From assembly GCA_028716245.1 (NCBI GenBank), contig JAQUQW010000006.1, positions 1 through 54,159 on the forward strand: 54,159 nt of DNA, written 5' to 3'. Source of the stretch: Candidatus Omnitrophota bacterium (GTDB taxonomy: Bacteria; Omnitrophota; Gorgyraeia; Gygaellales; Profunditerraquicolaceae). Numbering within the stretch: position 1 is the stretch's first letter; every line of letters starts with the position of its first letter. This document shows positions 1 through 15,000 of this stretch, piece after piece. Made by a program: the position numbers and the translations under genes. A model generated the notes under the pieces. It was not told where the DNA came from, ran no database searches, and saw only the letters and a program-made list of their open reading frames with translations.

Positions 1-1
1 T

Positions 2-3000
2 TAGATCAGCGGTGCCGTTATCACTAAACTTACTATCCAAATCGGCCCCCTGTGAACTCCCGCCGTCATTCATACCTTTATCTGAATTATCTTGCTTGCC
101 TTCTTCTCGATTCAACTTCCTAAGCAGACCCTGGAGATATTCCTTAGCCGAGTCATTGGTCCAAATACTAGTTTCCTCATTCTCGCCGCCGCCTTTTGAG
201 CTTTTATTCCCTTTTCGCGCGCGGATTAATTCTAGATCCGCCTTCCAATCCTCTTCCAGAACAAACCCGTTTACATGATGTTTGTTAAGATAAAATAATG
301 CCTTGAAAAGTTTTGGGTGGGATTCTAAATACTTTAATTCCCAATTCCGTATCTTTTCTTCGGACAACCTAGGATTAATTAAATGCTTTATTTCGTGGCG
401 GAAAATTACTATAAGGGCGAGGCTTAAGGCGGCGGTTTTGATATTAAGCAAGTAACGGTTAATTTTCAAGTAACCGGTATCGATATCAACCTTGCCAGCC
501 TGCGTAAGCTTATAAGAGATAAACAAAGGTATTTCTCTTTCCGGCGGGGCGTTGGCCAAGCCGATATAAGCTTCTTTTAAACTTTCAATCAATAAATCTC
601 TCTCGCCAGGGTTCAGTTCTCCTTTTTCACATATAATTTTCATATCTCCATTTTTAATAACCGCTTTTGCCAAAACATCGGGAATCCTCAAATAATCCGG
701 GACATTCTCCTTAACAACAGCCATATTCATCTTCGCCGGGTAAGCATACTTAGAATGTTCTTTCTTCAAGTCCGCTTCAGTAAGATTAAATTCCTTCATT
801 AATATCGGAGTCATTACTTCAAAAACTAATAACAACGCGTTAAGTTCAAAATTAGACCTGCTAGGCTCTAATATTTTTATATCCTTAAATTTTCTTATCA
901 TATAACGCGTTTCTTTCTTCGGAGACTCACCCTTAATAGGTATACAAAAATCCGCTAAGCCGGCTAATTCCGAATGCGGATCAGCAGTAATCAAAATAAC
1001 AAATAAATTATCTCCCTTGGCAATTTTTGCCAAATTAATAAGTTCAACCGTATTGCCGCTTCCGCTGACAATCAAAAGTATATCGCGTTGCTTAGGAACC
1101 TTTGTCGGGTTGATAATCGGGCTAATATCAAACTCCCTGCCTTCCGGTTTCATCAACTCTAGCCTTATTTTAAGCATCTCCAGGTCTAAATCCGACCTGC
1201 CTATCGCTCCTAAAAATACCCTTTTCCCATAATAGTTAACCTTCTTTAATATATCCGCTAACTCCGCAATCTTTGAAGCGGGGAATTCCTGGCTAAGCAG
1301 CACGCTTTTTGATCCTTCAATTAACTCTTTCATCGTCAACAATACTTTCTGCGCGTCCTCAATAGTCGCCTCTTGGCGTTTATCCTTTACAATACCGATC
1401 AAACTTTGAGCTACCGCTTCAAAATACAGTAAAACAAGCAGCTCAAACGTGCTTCCTAAAGGAAGAATCTGGGAAAGGTGTTCGTTACCTAAATCATCCT
1501 TTGATTTCCCGGGAAGGATGACAAATGAGGCTTCCTTTAATAATTCCGAAGACGCATTAGAAGTTACGCTAAACACATCAAATCCCAGTCTTTTCGCTTC
1601 CATTGAGTTTGTATTTACCCACCCTGTTCCCATTGAACCGGAAACGGCTAATACCAAATCCCCTTTGTTAACTCCAGGAAGTAATGATTTAAAATCCAAA
1701 ATATATACCTGAATACCTAAGCGTATCAGCCGGCGCGCCAGTATCTTGCCGGCTATCTGAGACCTGCCGGAAGCATTAATAAATAAATTGAATCCACCCT
1801 CTTTCAACCTGATTAAACAATTCAGGAATTCTTGTGTCTGCGCAATAGAGATAGCTGGTATCCCCTTTGCTAAAAACTCAGTTATAAATTCCGCTGAAAC
1901 TACAACATCATCAGCAACTGTTTTTAAGTATTCGTTTTTGGTTTGAATGGGCTTCTTAGCCGCCTCCAAGATAAGTTCCTTTATTATCTTAACTGCCGTA
2001 TAAGGTTTAGCCGCGTTAACTACAGATTCTCCAACAATAATATTATTTACGCCGTTATTGACTAAAGTATTGATAAAATCCTTATCAAACTCTTTCTCTA
2101 ATACCGCGCCCAAGCCCAGGCCTTCTGTTTCTTCACAAACCATGCGCGCCTCGCGCAGGAAAATCTCTTTTCGCTTTGCCTTCTCCGGTTCACTAAGTAA
2201 TAGTTCCTGCCTTTGCTCAGTCATGGATTTATGTAAATAAACCGCGTCCGCGCCAAACACTTTAGCTATAGCGGCTTTCTTTAAAGGATACTTTGTATCC
2301 ATAATGTCAACGATAATCTTAATATTATGCTTCTTGGCTTCTTCTATCGCTTCTTTGATAACCTCGCCTGAACTAAACCCGTAAATAACCACCGCGTCAG
2401 CTTCTTGTTTTGCCGCCGCCGCTATTTTATCAATACAGAAATTCATTACCTCTAAATCAGCGATAATTTCCTTATCAGGGAATTTAGCTTTAAAATTACC
2501 TATAATTTCAATGCCATTATTCATAATTAAACATAACCCCAATTTTACTCCGTCGGCTCCGGCTTTAAATGCCTGTTGGGCAATATACATCGCCTTATTT
2601 TCATCCTCCATATCTAAAGCTACTATAAGCTTCGGCGCTTGCGCCATTGCTTTCTTTATATCCTGTGTTGCCTGCCGGGGATTATCCGCATTATAGATTG
2701 CACCTCCGACAATAATTACTTTGACTCCGGCCCTGACAACATTATAAGCGGTCTTCTGTTTTACTCCTCCGGCAGCGGCAATTGGCACATTTATAGCTTG
2801 AGATATTTTAAAGACATAAGACGGAGGCAATTCCTCGCCTTTTCTTTGGTCGCTTATAGGATTATGGAAACAAATAACTATCAAAGACTCAGATATATTA
2901 ACCGGCTGCAATGCCGCGATTGCCTTTATCCATTTCAAATAAGTTTCCCAATCGCTATCCGGCTCATCCAATCTAAAGTGGTCTTTTAGTCCGATAAGGT

Positions 3001-6000
3001 CAAACATGACTATCTTTTTATATTTTCTGGCGATATTGACCGCCTTTTTCATTTCTGCATAGTCTGCTATTGCCAACATCGCGGCAACATCCGCTCCCGC
3101 TTCAAACGCCAACTCTATCTCATCCGCGTACACCGCTTTTAAGTCAGCGACTATTTTCTTTTCCGGAAATTCTTTCCTTAATCTTTTAACTATGGAAAGC
3201 CCTGCCTCTTTTATCATGTGAGAGGTTATTTTCACGAACGAAGGATTATCTTCAACAATTAATTCCTTATATTTATTAAGTACCTCTTTTAGCTTCTCCT
3301 GGGATTTTTGCGGCAATTTCTCGATCTTTCGCTTATCCATAATAATCTTAAACCCCTCTTGTTTTGCTTTAATAAAACACTCTTCCAAAGTCGCGTAAGG
3401 AGCAAAACCCGTAAGGATTATTGCTATATTAGTAGGATCGATTCCCAATTCTTTAGCCGCTGAGGCGACAATGTCTATCTCAAGGTCGCCAACATCCATA
3501 GTCAAAAACTCTACAGCGAATTTTTTGCCGGAATTGCTTTCTATTGCTTTCTTTAACGCATTCTTTACTCCTATTTTTATTAAAGGGGTTCCGGCCTCAA
3601 CCCAGTCCGCCCCTCCAGCAACTGCTTCCCGGGCGATTCTTATTGCCATTTCTGGATCTATCAAATCTAAAGCTACCTGAAGCAGGGCTTTTTCATTATT
3701 CATCTCTCCGCCATCTTTACTGCCTTGAGACTTAAACACCTCAAATCCCGAAGAAGCCAAAACAATGCGCTGCGGATTACCAAGCAAGGCAAAACCTCCT
3801 TCTTTGCCCAAATCTACTAAACTATGGTTTTTAAGTAGAACCAACTTTTTACTTAACTCTTTTTTCAGTATATTCTCTCTTATTTTAATCTTATTGAGAT
3901 CGGGCAGCGTATAAGAATAATCATAATTGTAATAATCTAAAATGACGGGAACTTCCCAAATTACAACTAAACCATCTGTTTTTAATATACTCTTCATAAT
4001 TGCATCGATGAATCTTTTTGTCCGCTTGGCGTCTTCCTTTAAAATCCAGCCGATGCCTTTAAATATTATGTAATCTAATTTTTCTTCTTCAAGGATACCT
4101 TTTTCTTTAAGCGATCTTATTTTTCTAGCAATAGTATCTATATCCCTGACATCAACGGAAATATTAACAAATTTCTTAAAACCCTGAACATCTTTTAGCG
4201 GAATTTCTTTTTTTAATCCTAATAACTCTTTAGGAACAGGAATAATACCATGCATTTCAACCATTGCATTTTGTAGTGCTTCAACGCTTTTTTCTTCACC
4301 GGTAAATTCATCCTTATCTACATTCACTCCAATAAGCATCCCATCTTTGCTTTTCTCTTTAGACGCTTCAGCTAAAGCCGCTAGAGGAACGAAATCCGGT
4401 CCAATGACCGGGTAAAGCCCAGTCTTCTGCTGTAAATTGAATATCTCAACAGCATATTCCCATAAGATAAGGTATCTCTTCCAATAATCTGTCGAATTTT
4501 TAATTTCATCTAAAAATTTATCTTTGATTATCTTGGCCTCTTTCAAAGTCGCAATCTCCCCACCGTCATTCTTTCCTTCGTTGATAAATCCTGCAGTGGG
4601 ATTATTAATATTAAATTTAGCTTCTGCTAACTGCTTTTCAACATTAGGAATATATTTTTCTATTCCTGCCGAGGAAAGCAACTCTCTCTGCGCCTGAAGC
4701 GCAAGGCTTTCAGCCAAACGGAAATTCCTGTTTTTCTGTTCAGCTATTGCTTCTTTTGTAACTCTTGAATATACCTGGGTGTAAAACCTTATTGCCTGAG
4801 AAGTCCCTGAAGGCCGTATGGTAATAAAATTCTTGCTGTTATAGAATGGCTCGCCTTCTTTTAAACTTGCATCCTCAAAGAAGAACCTGATGCCTTCGTC
4901 CGGAAATCCTGCGTAATGCTGCTCATCGTAACGGCCGGACTTAAACTCTATTGCTCCGATTACTTTTAAACCGCCCAAGACAAATGGCTTAACGCTGCCA
5001 ACATTCTCATTTGCCAGTTTCATCCATTCCTGTGCTTTCTTAAGCAGGTTTATCTTCTCGGTTATTCCTTCCGCCCCTTCAAAAGAACCTACTCGCGGTA
5101 ATGGTTTGTTCGCTGTTGCAAAATGGCCAATTTGCAGATAGATATCGTCTAACAATTCAAATACGGTGGTGTTATTTTCTTTCGCGTAACAGGCGATTTC
5201 AGCAGCTAATATACCGGCAAAAGTCCCGTCTTTATCGTTAACGTGCGCGTCATCCGCCAAAACCTCTCCTTCACGGATAACTCCGCCTAATATACTGAAT
5301 CCATTTGATTCTTCAGCGCCTGCTTCGTTAATAAACCCTAATTTTCTTAACTTCTGGCAGAAATCGGCGATATAGGTGAACCCAACCCATGACCGTTTAC
5401 CATTAAGATATTGTCCTCTTGCTTCTTTTTCATCTTTATCATACATTTCACCTAATGAAGCTACTCCAAATAATGCCGCAACCGCTTCAAGGGCATCGGT
5501 TGTTACATGGCTGAAGGTAATGTAGTGCTTTTTAGGTTCTTCTAATAAGCCTAATTGCTGTTTCTTCATCAGGCGATACCAGATAAGCACTGTCCATACA
5601 TCGTTTGCGGATAATAAACGATATCTCCCAAAAAGATGTTGCTGGTTTTCCGGAACCTTTACTATCCATCCCAACCTATCGGCGTCGGGGTCTGTTCCAA
5701 TTAGCATATCTAATTCATCAAAAGCTTCCTGCCCATACTCGGCAATAAATTCTTTTACTGCAATATTAGCAGATATCGGGTCGCCCGGGTCAGGCTGCTC
5801 GCCCCAGCCGAATGCCGGGAATAAACCATCAAGTACCTGAAGTTTAGTTATAGCCTTGACATCGCTAAATCCCAATTCAGCTAACAATCTCGGCACAGCC
5901 TTGTTGCCTGAACCGTTAAATGCGGAAAAACCAATCTTTAAATTTTTAGCCTGTCGCTTGACGAGTTCTCTATCTAAAATAAATTTCTTGACCTGCTCAA

Positions 6001-9000
6001 CGTGTAAAGTGTGCATATCGATAAAGTATTTAGAATTGTTTACATCTACTGTCTTATAGTCTTTACTTTTAAGCGGTTCTCTGCCGCCAAGCCAAATTAA
6101 CTGTCCTTCTTCCGCCTCCTCCAAAGATTTCAGTTTTATATCCGCGGTAGTCACTTTAGATATGGCAGCCTTGACTTCATTCTTCATCTTTTGAGGCAGC
6201 TGCGAACCGGTAAAATCTGTTATTTTATATCCGTTATATTGAGAAGGATTGTGGCTTGCGGAGATAAGAATACCCAAATCAGCGCGCACTGCTTTTGTTG
6301 TAACGCCGAACGATAATTCTGGAAATGGGCTTGCTTCATCAAAAAGATAGACAGTAAATTTATGCTCTGGGCTTGATTGAGCGATAAAACATTGCGCGAT
6401 CATCTCGGCAAACTCTTCACCTGCAATACGACTATCGTACCCGATTGCAACTTTATGCAATCCTCTTTCTTTTGCGTATTTAATAACGCCTGTGGTGTAA
6501 AGTAATAAGACTATATCATTTATGGTATTTGGCCCTTTAAGTATTCTGGCTGACGGGCCCTCTTCCTTTAAACGCCGCAGTTCTTCCTCTGTCAATGCAG
6601 CCATTCCGCGAATACCGGCTGTGCCAAAGGTAATATCCTGGCGGAACACCTCCACAATATCCTTCCAGCGGCCTTGCTGAATTGCCTCAAAAATGGCTTC
6701 CTGTGTCTTTGGCGATAGCTTCTTGATGTGATCATCGGTCGCCCAGAATTCCAAGTTTTTATAGGCAACCTTCATTGCCTTATTGTAAATCTCATCGGTA
6801 ATCCGCTTGGCATTGTGCTGATCGGTAAGGTATTTCTCTATCTGTTCCTTGGCGAGCCGTAAAAGACCTGCCTCATTCCCACCATCCAATTTTGTTTTGG
6901 AAAGCTTAGTTGACTTTAAACAAACAGGCTTATTATTATCGAAAATATAACCGCTTCCGTTCTCTATGATGTATTCAATTGCAATCGCCTCTCCAGTATT
7001 GATTCTGACTTTGTAGCCTAAAATACACAAGCGCTCGAGTATTATTTCTTTCAACTGCATTAAATCCATAGCCCTGACTGAACCTAATAGATTCTTAATC
7101 ATTAGCATATCTCGATGTAATATAGTACCCTCTCTTAGTTCAGAAAAACTTACATTGCCATGCCCACAATGGAATGTTTCATCTTCAGAATCGAAAGCTA
7201 GACTAAAAGCGAATTCATATGGCATAACTTTACCATTGACTACCTTGTAGGTAATGTACTCTTCCGTATCTGCCCATCTAGATCTTGAACTACCTACAAT
7301 AATATATCCACCTTCCTCCACATGTTCTGCGAGGTTCTCTAGTTCTTCAGAATAGGAATCTTGATAATAAGTCATAACATTGAATGCTCGTACTACTCTT
7401 GCTTTCTTGGATAATCTAAATTTTCTAAAGTCTCCTTGGATGATAGAGAGATTAGAAGTTTGTCTTACATAATGTTCTATAGGATTAAATTTGATGCAAT
7501 TACCATTCATATCTTGATAATCTTTACCTTTGGATTCTCTTAATAGATAATCCCTTAAGCTTAAATATCTCTCGATTTCATACTGGGATATCTTAGAAAC
7601 TTTAGGAACATATTCCATCCAAGTATAGTCTATGTTTATGATCTCACTAGAATTGTCAAAGAGAATTTCGATGTAACCTTTATTTCCCCGAATACGCACC
7701 ACATATGCAGGAACATAAAGTTCAAGGCCTACAACTTCTATATCGGAATACTTTATGCATAATTTTTGGGCTAATTCAATTATAGTGTATGGCGGATAAC
7801 CTGGACCAATATCTAACATCAGCATCTCAGATTTAGCTAACTCTTGCACAATATACTCATCAACATAACTCAATCTCCCTTTGGAAGTAACTATTCGGGG
7901 TTGAATTTGCCTTGCAACAGAAATATCTGTATTGCATAAATAATTAATATCAAATGCCCCTTTTAATTTCATCTCTTTATAGTTCTTCGACAAATGAACT
8001 AACTTTTTCCAATTTTCTTCGTTAATCCATTTTAGTAATTCTCCGTCTACTGCGGGAGTAATTGATACGATGGGCAACTCATTCTTTACTTCGCCAACTA
8101 ACCTTGTATCTCCGTTTTTATTAAGACCGTATTTATAAATTAATTCCATAGCTGAATCGAAACTGCCAGCTTGTAATAGTAGTTGTTCTGTGTTTACACT
8201 AACAAAACCACCTTTTTGCCTAGAGGTCTCTATCTCTATTTGTTTAAATATATGTCTTGCAAACCTGATATTAGCCAACATATAATCAACTACATCTTCT
8301 CCACCCCGACTTCTTATTTGTTCCATTTTCTTATTAAATTCTTCTAAGTACTTATCTGAGACGCCTTTCTTTGTTTCATTATCTGTTTGTATAAAATTAA
8401 TTGTTAGGTCTATACCGAATTCTTTCTTAGTACTTTCTTGGGTTACTTGTAAAACTACAACGTAATACGGGCCTATCTTATTTAATGCGTGTAACCTTTT
8501 AATAAACCCATTTGCAGTATAAGGATGAAGTTTTATATTAAATCCTTTGCTGCATAATTTACTTATGACATTATTTAAAATTCCCCCAAGTTTAGCCCTT
8601 AATTCCTCTTCTGCAATATCCACGTTGGCAGAAATATCAAAATCAGGGTTATTCCCTATATAAGTTAACCTCGCTGTCGAACCAAGATTTTTTACCCAAA
8701 GTAACTTTTTGTCAATGCATTGTTGAATACTAATTCTTATAACATCTATAATAGTTTTTTCGATTTCCTTTATATTAGCGACTTCATTTTTATTCAACTT
8801 AAATTTCTCTATTTCCTGTAACAACATGACTTCAAATACATCTCCAACCACTCTATCAATACAGAGTTCTTTTCCACCGTCTCTTAGGAAATTTATAACT
8901 TTTTTTGCTTCCTTATAAAAAATATTAAAATCTATATCCGGATTAGTTCTATTTAATATTAAAGATTCTTTACTAATGACTTCAGTTAAACTCCTATGCG

Positions 9001-12000
9001 CATACAATACAACCCATAACTTATCTATTTTAAACGGGGGCAACTTATCAATTTGTAGTTCATTGAAGAGATTATCTATTTGGGTAATCTGTTCATCGCT
9101 TAATGCACCGGTAACTCTGCCTAGACTAATATGTAAACCCTCTCCCTTTGCCTCACTGGGAATACGGGCAAAATCTCGCTTGATTTTAAGAGTTCTCTTA
9201 CCGTTTTCTTCTTCATATTCACTTACTGGTTCTAAAGTAAAAGATATTTCTCCATCTTTATAATAGTAACCTAGGCCGGTTATTTTAACATCAAAAGGCT
9301 TATGGGCCGAAGACAACTGAATTAATCCTTTTGAGAGGTTAACTATAGATCGGTCACCTAGCTTAATATCAGCCATATTTTTTATCTCTTCTATCTTTTT
9401 AATATCTATAGTTCCAGATACTGGAATAAGTGTATTTAATTTTTCTTTAAATTCCCCAAATATACCCTCACCAAGATCTTTGGAAGCCGCTTCCCTCAAC
9501 TTAATCGCCTGCTTGGCTATCTTCTGAGCTTCTTCCAGATTTGCTTTGATATTGTCTGCATCAGAAGACTTTGAAGCTAAATCTAAGAAATCGAATATTC
9601 CGGGTAAATGATTTTCTAAGTTTTTCTCAATGACCTCTACTACATCCTTTATTTTTTCAAACGCTTTCTGCATCGATTCCTTATTTCCTGACTCAAAATT
9701 TTTGGTACGAGTGATTGCCTGGATGCTCATATGCAGAGCAGAAACACCCTTTTCTTCGTTAAATTTAACTTCATCATTTGTAATTTGCCTAATTCTTTGC
9801 CGGATTTTTTCTATTAGTTGGCCAAATTCCTCAAAATGCTTATTACCTTCCCCAAAAGGCAACCCTGCAACCACAGTAATAGCAAGCCCCCTCTTCTCAT
9901 TCTTTTTCAGATTGCTCCTAATTCTATAGTTTCTGATAATCTCTTTGAACTTAGAAACATCTATTGTTTTTGTTTTGAGATATTCAATAGTTCCATTATT
10001 TAAACTAAACTTCTGCCCATTACTCTTTGCGTCTTCAAATAATTCTATATAACCATCTTTAATAACCTTACCGCCACTTGTATTTATTTTTGCCCCATTA
10101 TTTTCAGCAAATATCTTTCCTATCTCTTCAATCATCAAATATCGTCTTAATCTTAGGATTGCCGGCTTAACATCTCCCCCATTAAGCAACTTAAACATTT
10201 CTTCAATATATAACCTACCTAGGAGGGTAAAAATGCCTTTTGTCCCCCCTAACTCAACACCTAAACCATGGTCTTTGGTCCAGAACCAATCGGCTTTGAT
10301 GCTTTCTTTCTCTTTAGAATTATACAGACATTTTTTATCTCCTTTTTCATTGGAAATTACAGTTATGGGTAATCTAAGAAAATCAAAACCCACTCCATTA
10401 GAGGACATTTCATCATCGATAGCCAAAACAAGACAATTTGCATCTGTCACTCCTGCCTCAACAACTAAATTTTCTGCGGCACCCTTTTTATTAGCATCCT
10501 CTCTTATGCAATCTATGCTGGTAGAACCACCAAACTTTACCTCTACAGCTACACCTTCCTTACCTTCATTATTATTCTTTATAAATTCTTTCACCTGATT
10601 CCCTATTATTTCTCTGGCAGAATCATCACTCGAAAGTAATTTTTTCTGGGCGGGGTAAATTGGTTTTAAAGTAATTTGTATGGTCCTTTCTCCCTTTAGA
10701 TCTTTTCTCTGTTCAACTTTTAGGCTGATTCCTCCGAATAAATGCTTCATCAGGTCTTCTCTGTATTCAATGTCTTCATTATACGCTTCAGATAATACTT
10801 CATGCATTTGTCCAAGTATAATATCTACCTTCTCCAATATTACGGTAGCCACATCAATACCAAAAATTACCCTATCTTCATTATTCAGTTTTGTTAACTC
10901 TTCTGTAATCTTTGATTTAATATTATCTTTTTCATTTATTAATTTATTCGTATATTCATATTTATTTCCTTTAGAATTATTATCGGATTGCTTTCTTACA
11001 ACCCCTGAACTCTGCAACACATTTATAACCCGCTGCCAAATTTCTTTAATCTTATTTAAATTTTCAACTATTGTTCTTTCCTGTTGATCTCTAAAACATT
11101 TAGTATATTTTTTATCTTCATAATATTCCGAATTGTTAAATTTTATTTTTAGCCCGGCGCCGTTTACATAGAGCAGAAGATGATTCATTAACTCCCCAGG
11201 TATCATCTCTGTCAAGGAGCGGCCAAATTGCTTTTTAAATTCGTTAGCAGAAACTATGGCATAAATAAACCCGAACATCAGCAAGCTATTAACCTGCCTA
11301 AGAATATCTTTATCAATATTCTCGTCTTTCTTAGCTTGGGTTAGATCCATATCCACTGCTAATGCGCCCTTAGAGAGGATTTTTATTTTTTCTCTTATTT
11401 CAGATGCTATATTCAACCTGCCTTTAATATCAATTTCGATATTCTCTATGGGCCTATTATCTTGAGTAAATATAAACTTGGCTTCTTCCTTCTTAAATTC
11501 TAGTTCTATATTTTTACCCATAAAAACTTCTGACAAGAGGAAAGAATGCACTAGAGCCCGCGACTCATCATCTCTTGCATCTAATTCTTTCATCAACAAA
11601 ATAGCATTATTTAAATCTTTAAAATCCAGAAGTTCCTTATTTTTGTAAATTTGCTTAAGATTTCGCCAAGTTGTCAAAATAATTGCCTTTTGGTATAGGT
11701 TATTCGCATCGTTACGAGCCTTTTCTTGCCTTCTTTCTATAAAATCTTTGTCTTTAGATAAAAAATTGTCGATTGGTTCCTTTAACTCATCCCCTTCTCT
11801 CCAGTCTTTTCTTAATCCAATAATTTCATTAATTCCATTGTGGAGTTTAAACAGTGCCTCACTATCAATATTGGTGGTTTCCTTCCGGACTATTTCTTCC
11901 GCTAATATTGTTTTTAATCCATTATGAATTTCTCGTTTTACAATCTCTTTGTTACCTTCATCAAGGAAAAGTTGCAGTATTGTACTCGCAAAACTAACGG

Positions 12001-15000
12001 AATTGTTACTAATCTCATCCATTAAATCCTTAAGCGGCATTAAATTCAACCGTAAAACATCTTTTAATATGGATTTCGGGTTAAAAATTTCATTTTCTTC
12101 CTTTGGATTAAGGATGTATAAAAAAAATTTGCCCCATTCACAGTTATTAATTTCCTTTGAACTTGAATAGAAAATATCTTCTTTATATTCTGCCTTTACG
12201 CCAAAACCTTTTTTGCCTATCTTCTTCTCACCCCTGACCCCCTCTAACCGCATGATGCGATTTAGATTAGGTTTAATTCCTGTCTCATCAAAAATTATTC
12301 GTTCAGCTGCCTTGTCATAATTTTCATCAGAAAATAGATGCCCTGCGGCAGAAATGTCTTTTCTTCCATCCTTACGCACCTGAATCAAAACTTGTCCTTT
12401 CATCGTTACCATTAGTATCTGAGAATTAGCATGCCATTGACCAGTTTTATGTGCCTCATTCCATTTTATTTTTTCATCTAACAACTTGCCATTTTTTGAA
12501 TCGACTTTCCGTAAATAAAGTTCAGGGAGGTTCGCTTTAACCTCAGAGATTTTGTTTGCAATATTATTATATAATTCTTCCAGCCCTTTATAATTACGCA
12601 TATTTTTATAATAACTGCATATACCAAATAGTCTATAAAATAAGCTTAATGCTTCTGCTTCTCTCTTATCATTTAGCAATTTTTCTCCACTACTGAAATC
12701 TTTACGGATATTTTCTATAAGTTCGCATAAATCTTCTTTACCGTCTTCGTCAATGCCGCCATCTTTGATAAATTTACCTTTTTCTAATTTTCCTAAGATA
12801 GTATCAATAACACTCCCATCTTCTTTTCGTATTTCAATACTAGTAGCAAAAAACAAAACAAATTCCTCTAATTTCTTTAATTTTTCTTCTAAACTTTCTC
12901 TCTTATCGTTAATAATAAGAATGTCTGCTTTCTCTTTAATTTCTTCAACTACATTTAACATAGAAGTAACTCTACTATTTAATTCTGATTTACTAATTTT
13001 GCTTCGTTTCTCTATACGGCTCCCTAAAATATTCTTTATATCATCTTTCTCTGTCGCTGGTAAAATACCTACTTTTAATAAATTTATCTTACAAGAGATT
13101 TCGGATGACTCTTCTATATCTTTCACAGTCTCGTATCCTTCCAACAAAATTACTTTTTCAGAATTTACCACCCGCGCCCATTCGCTTTTTCCATATGCAT
13201 ATCTAAACCCATAATGTTCCTTAATAAAAAGTAGCTCTCCCTGCATAACCTCTTCATCAAACTGCTTCTCTGAAACAAAACGATGTCTCTTATGAATACT
13301 ATCATCGTCTCTCGGGTTTCGGGTAGTTGTTCGGATCATAGTAATAAAAATATTGGAATATTTCACCAATAAATAATTAGCAAAAGTACTTTTCCCAGAT
13401 CCGCTTGGCCCCATTATTGCTAATATTTTCACTTTTGCTTCTAACTCTGGCTTCAAAGATCTTCTCTTGATATCATCTTCTTTTAATGCTAGAGGTATTT
13501 CTCTATTTAATGAAGTAATTTCTTCTCCGCCATCAGTATCAAAATCTCTTTTTCTCTTCATTTCATATAGCTCATTGGTATCTTGTTGCCACAAGATATC
13601 CACAGAATTTAAGATGTCCTTTGCCCCCATCATTTCGAATTGCTCCTCAACAAATTCATTTACTACCTCTTCTACTGAACGGTCTTTACCGCCTTGTTCT
13701 ATTGCAGAAGTCTCTATTTTTATCTTCCGTTCAAGCCTAGTTTTATCATTTTTAAGGACTATTCCTGTAAGGAAATCTATTTGGTTCCTTATTTCCTCAT
13801 GCATTACTAAATCGTAAGATCCGGTTATTATTAAAACATCCAAAGGACTCATTATTTTCTTTTCAATTTCTCTCCCCTGTTTATCAAAATCACGAGTGAT
13901 AATTAACCTATCATTTCTAACATCTTCTATATCTCTGGCTATATTAGACCACGCATATCTTGATGAAACGCTCAAGATATTAAATCTAGTCTTGTCTGGT
14001 TTCGTAAAGAAACTAAACCCCTCTTCCGGATAGCGATAACCTTCTGAATTTATGGAATCCGCCTTAAATCCTTTTATTCGCAAGGATTCAATGAGAAATT
14101 TAGCAAGAGTTTTCTTCCCTACATACGGAAGGCCTATTATACCTATAACAAAACATTTAGGTGAAGAATCAAAGTACTGTATCATAGATTTTTCGATTAT
14201 TCTAAGCAATAATTGCGACCCCCCATCTTTATATCTTTCCCTCGCTTCTTCTATTAATCTCTCAAAGATATCAAATCCAGTTTGTGTCCTATAAAGGGTC
14301 TTATTCCTAAAACCAAATTCTCTAGCTCTTTCCTCCCCGAAAGCTTCTTCATAGAGCATATATTCTTCTTTGTGCCGTTTAACATTGCCTTCTATTCTTT
14401 CCTTAGGAGAAACTCTTACTTCATTCTCATTTAAACCTTTTTCACGCGCCTTGTCTTGAACTTTCTTAAGATCTCGCTGTAAGTCAATTTTAAGTCCTTC
14501 TTCTGATAACATCCAAAGCCTGTCTGCTTCGCGATGAAACAAAACTAACTTATCTTTTCCTGTAAAAAGCCATATACCATCATTTGAATCTTCATATTCC
14601 TGAATGGAAGGATTATCGTGGACTTCGATAACCGCTTTAATCGTACTGATATCCTCTTCTCCGAAAGCAAAAGAAGGACTGTTAAGATTAAATTCTTTAA
14701 TGATTTCTTCAGCGTTTATAGCGCCTATTTGCATATGGTCTTTCCTTAATTTTATGGCTTTCTGCCGTAATTCTTCACGCTTAATCAAATCTTCTTCTTT
14801 ATCAATATCAGCTTTCCTTATTTTACCCTCTGCGCCTGTATCATGAAGGAGAGCAGCAACAATACCATTTTTTAATTCATCATCGGTAGCTCCTTCGCCT
14901 AGAGCTATATCTACCATAAACTCAACAACCTGCAAACTATGCTGAACTGGATTCCCTTTCCTTGATTCAATTAAATACGGCAAGGCAAGTTTATAGATTA

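Noticed and set aside
1-60. TTA at positions 1-3 as the stop codon of the giant gene
   Set aside because: It is in a different frame. The giant frame reads ...MNDGGSSQGADLDSKFSDNGTADL and runs off the window.
10221-10598. Plus-strand 121-aa ORF preceded by AGGAGG
   Set aside because: The protein has typical shadow composition and lies opposite conserved HAD motifs. The SD-like string comes from Leu-Leu-Gly codons, and I saw no promoter.
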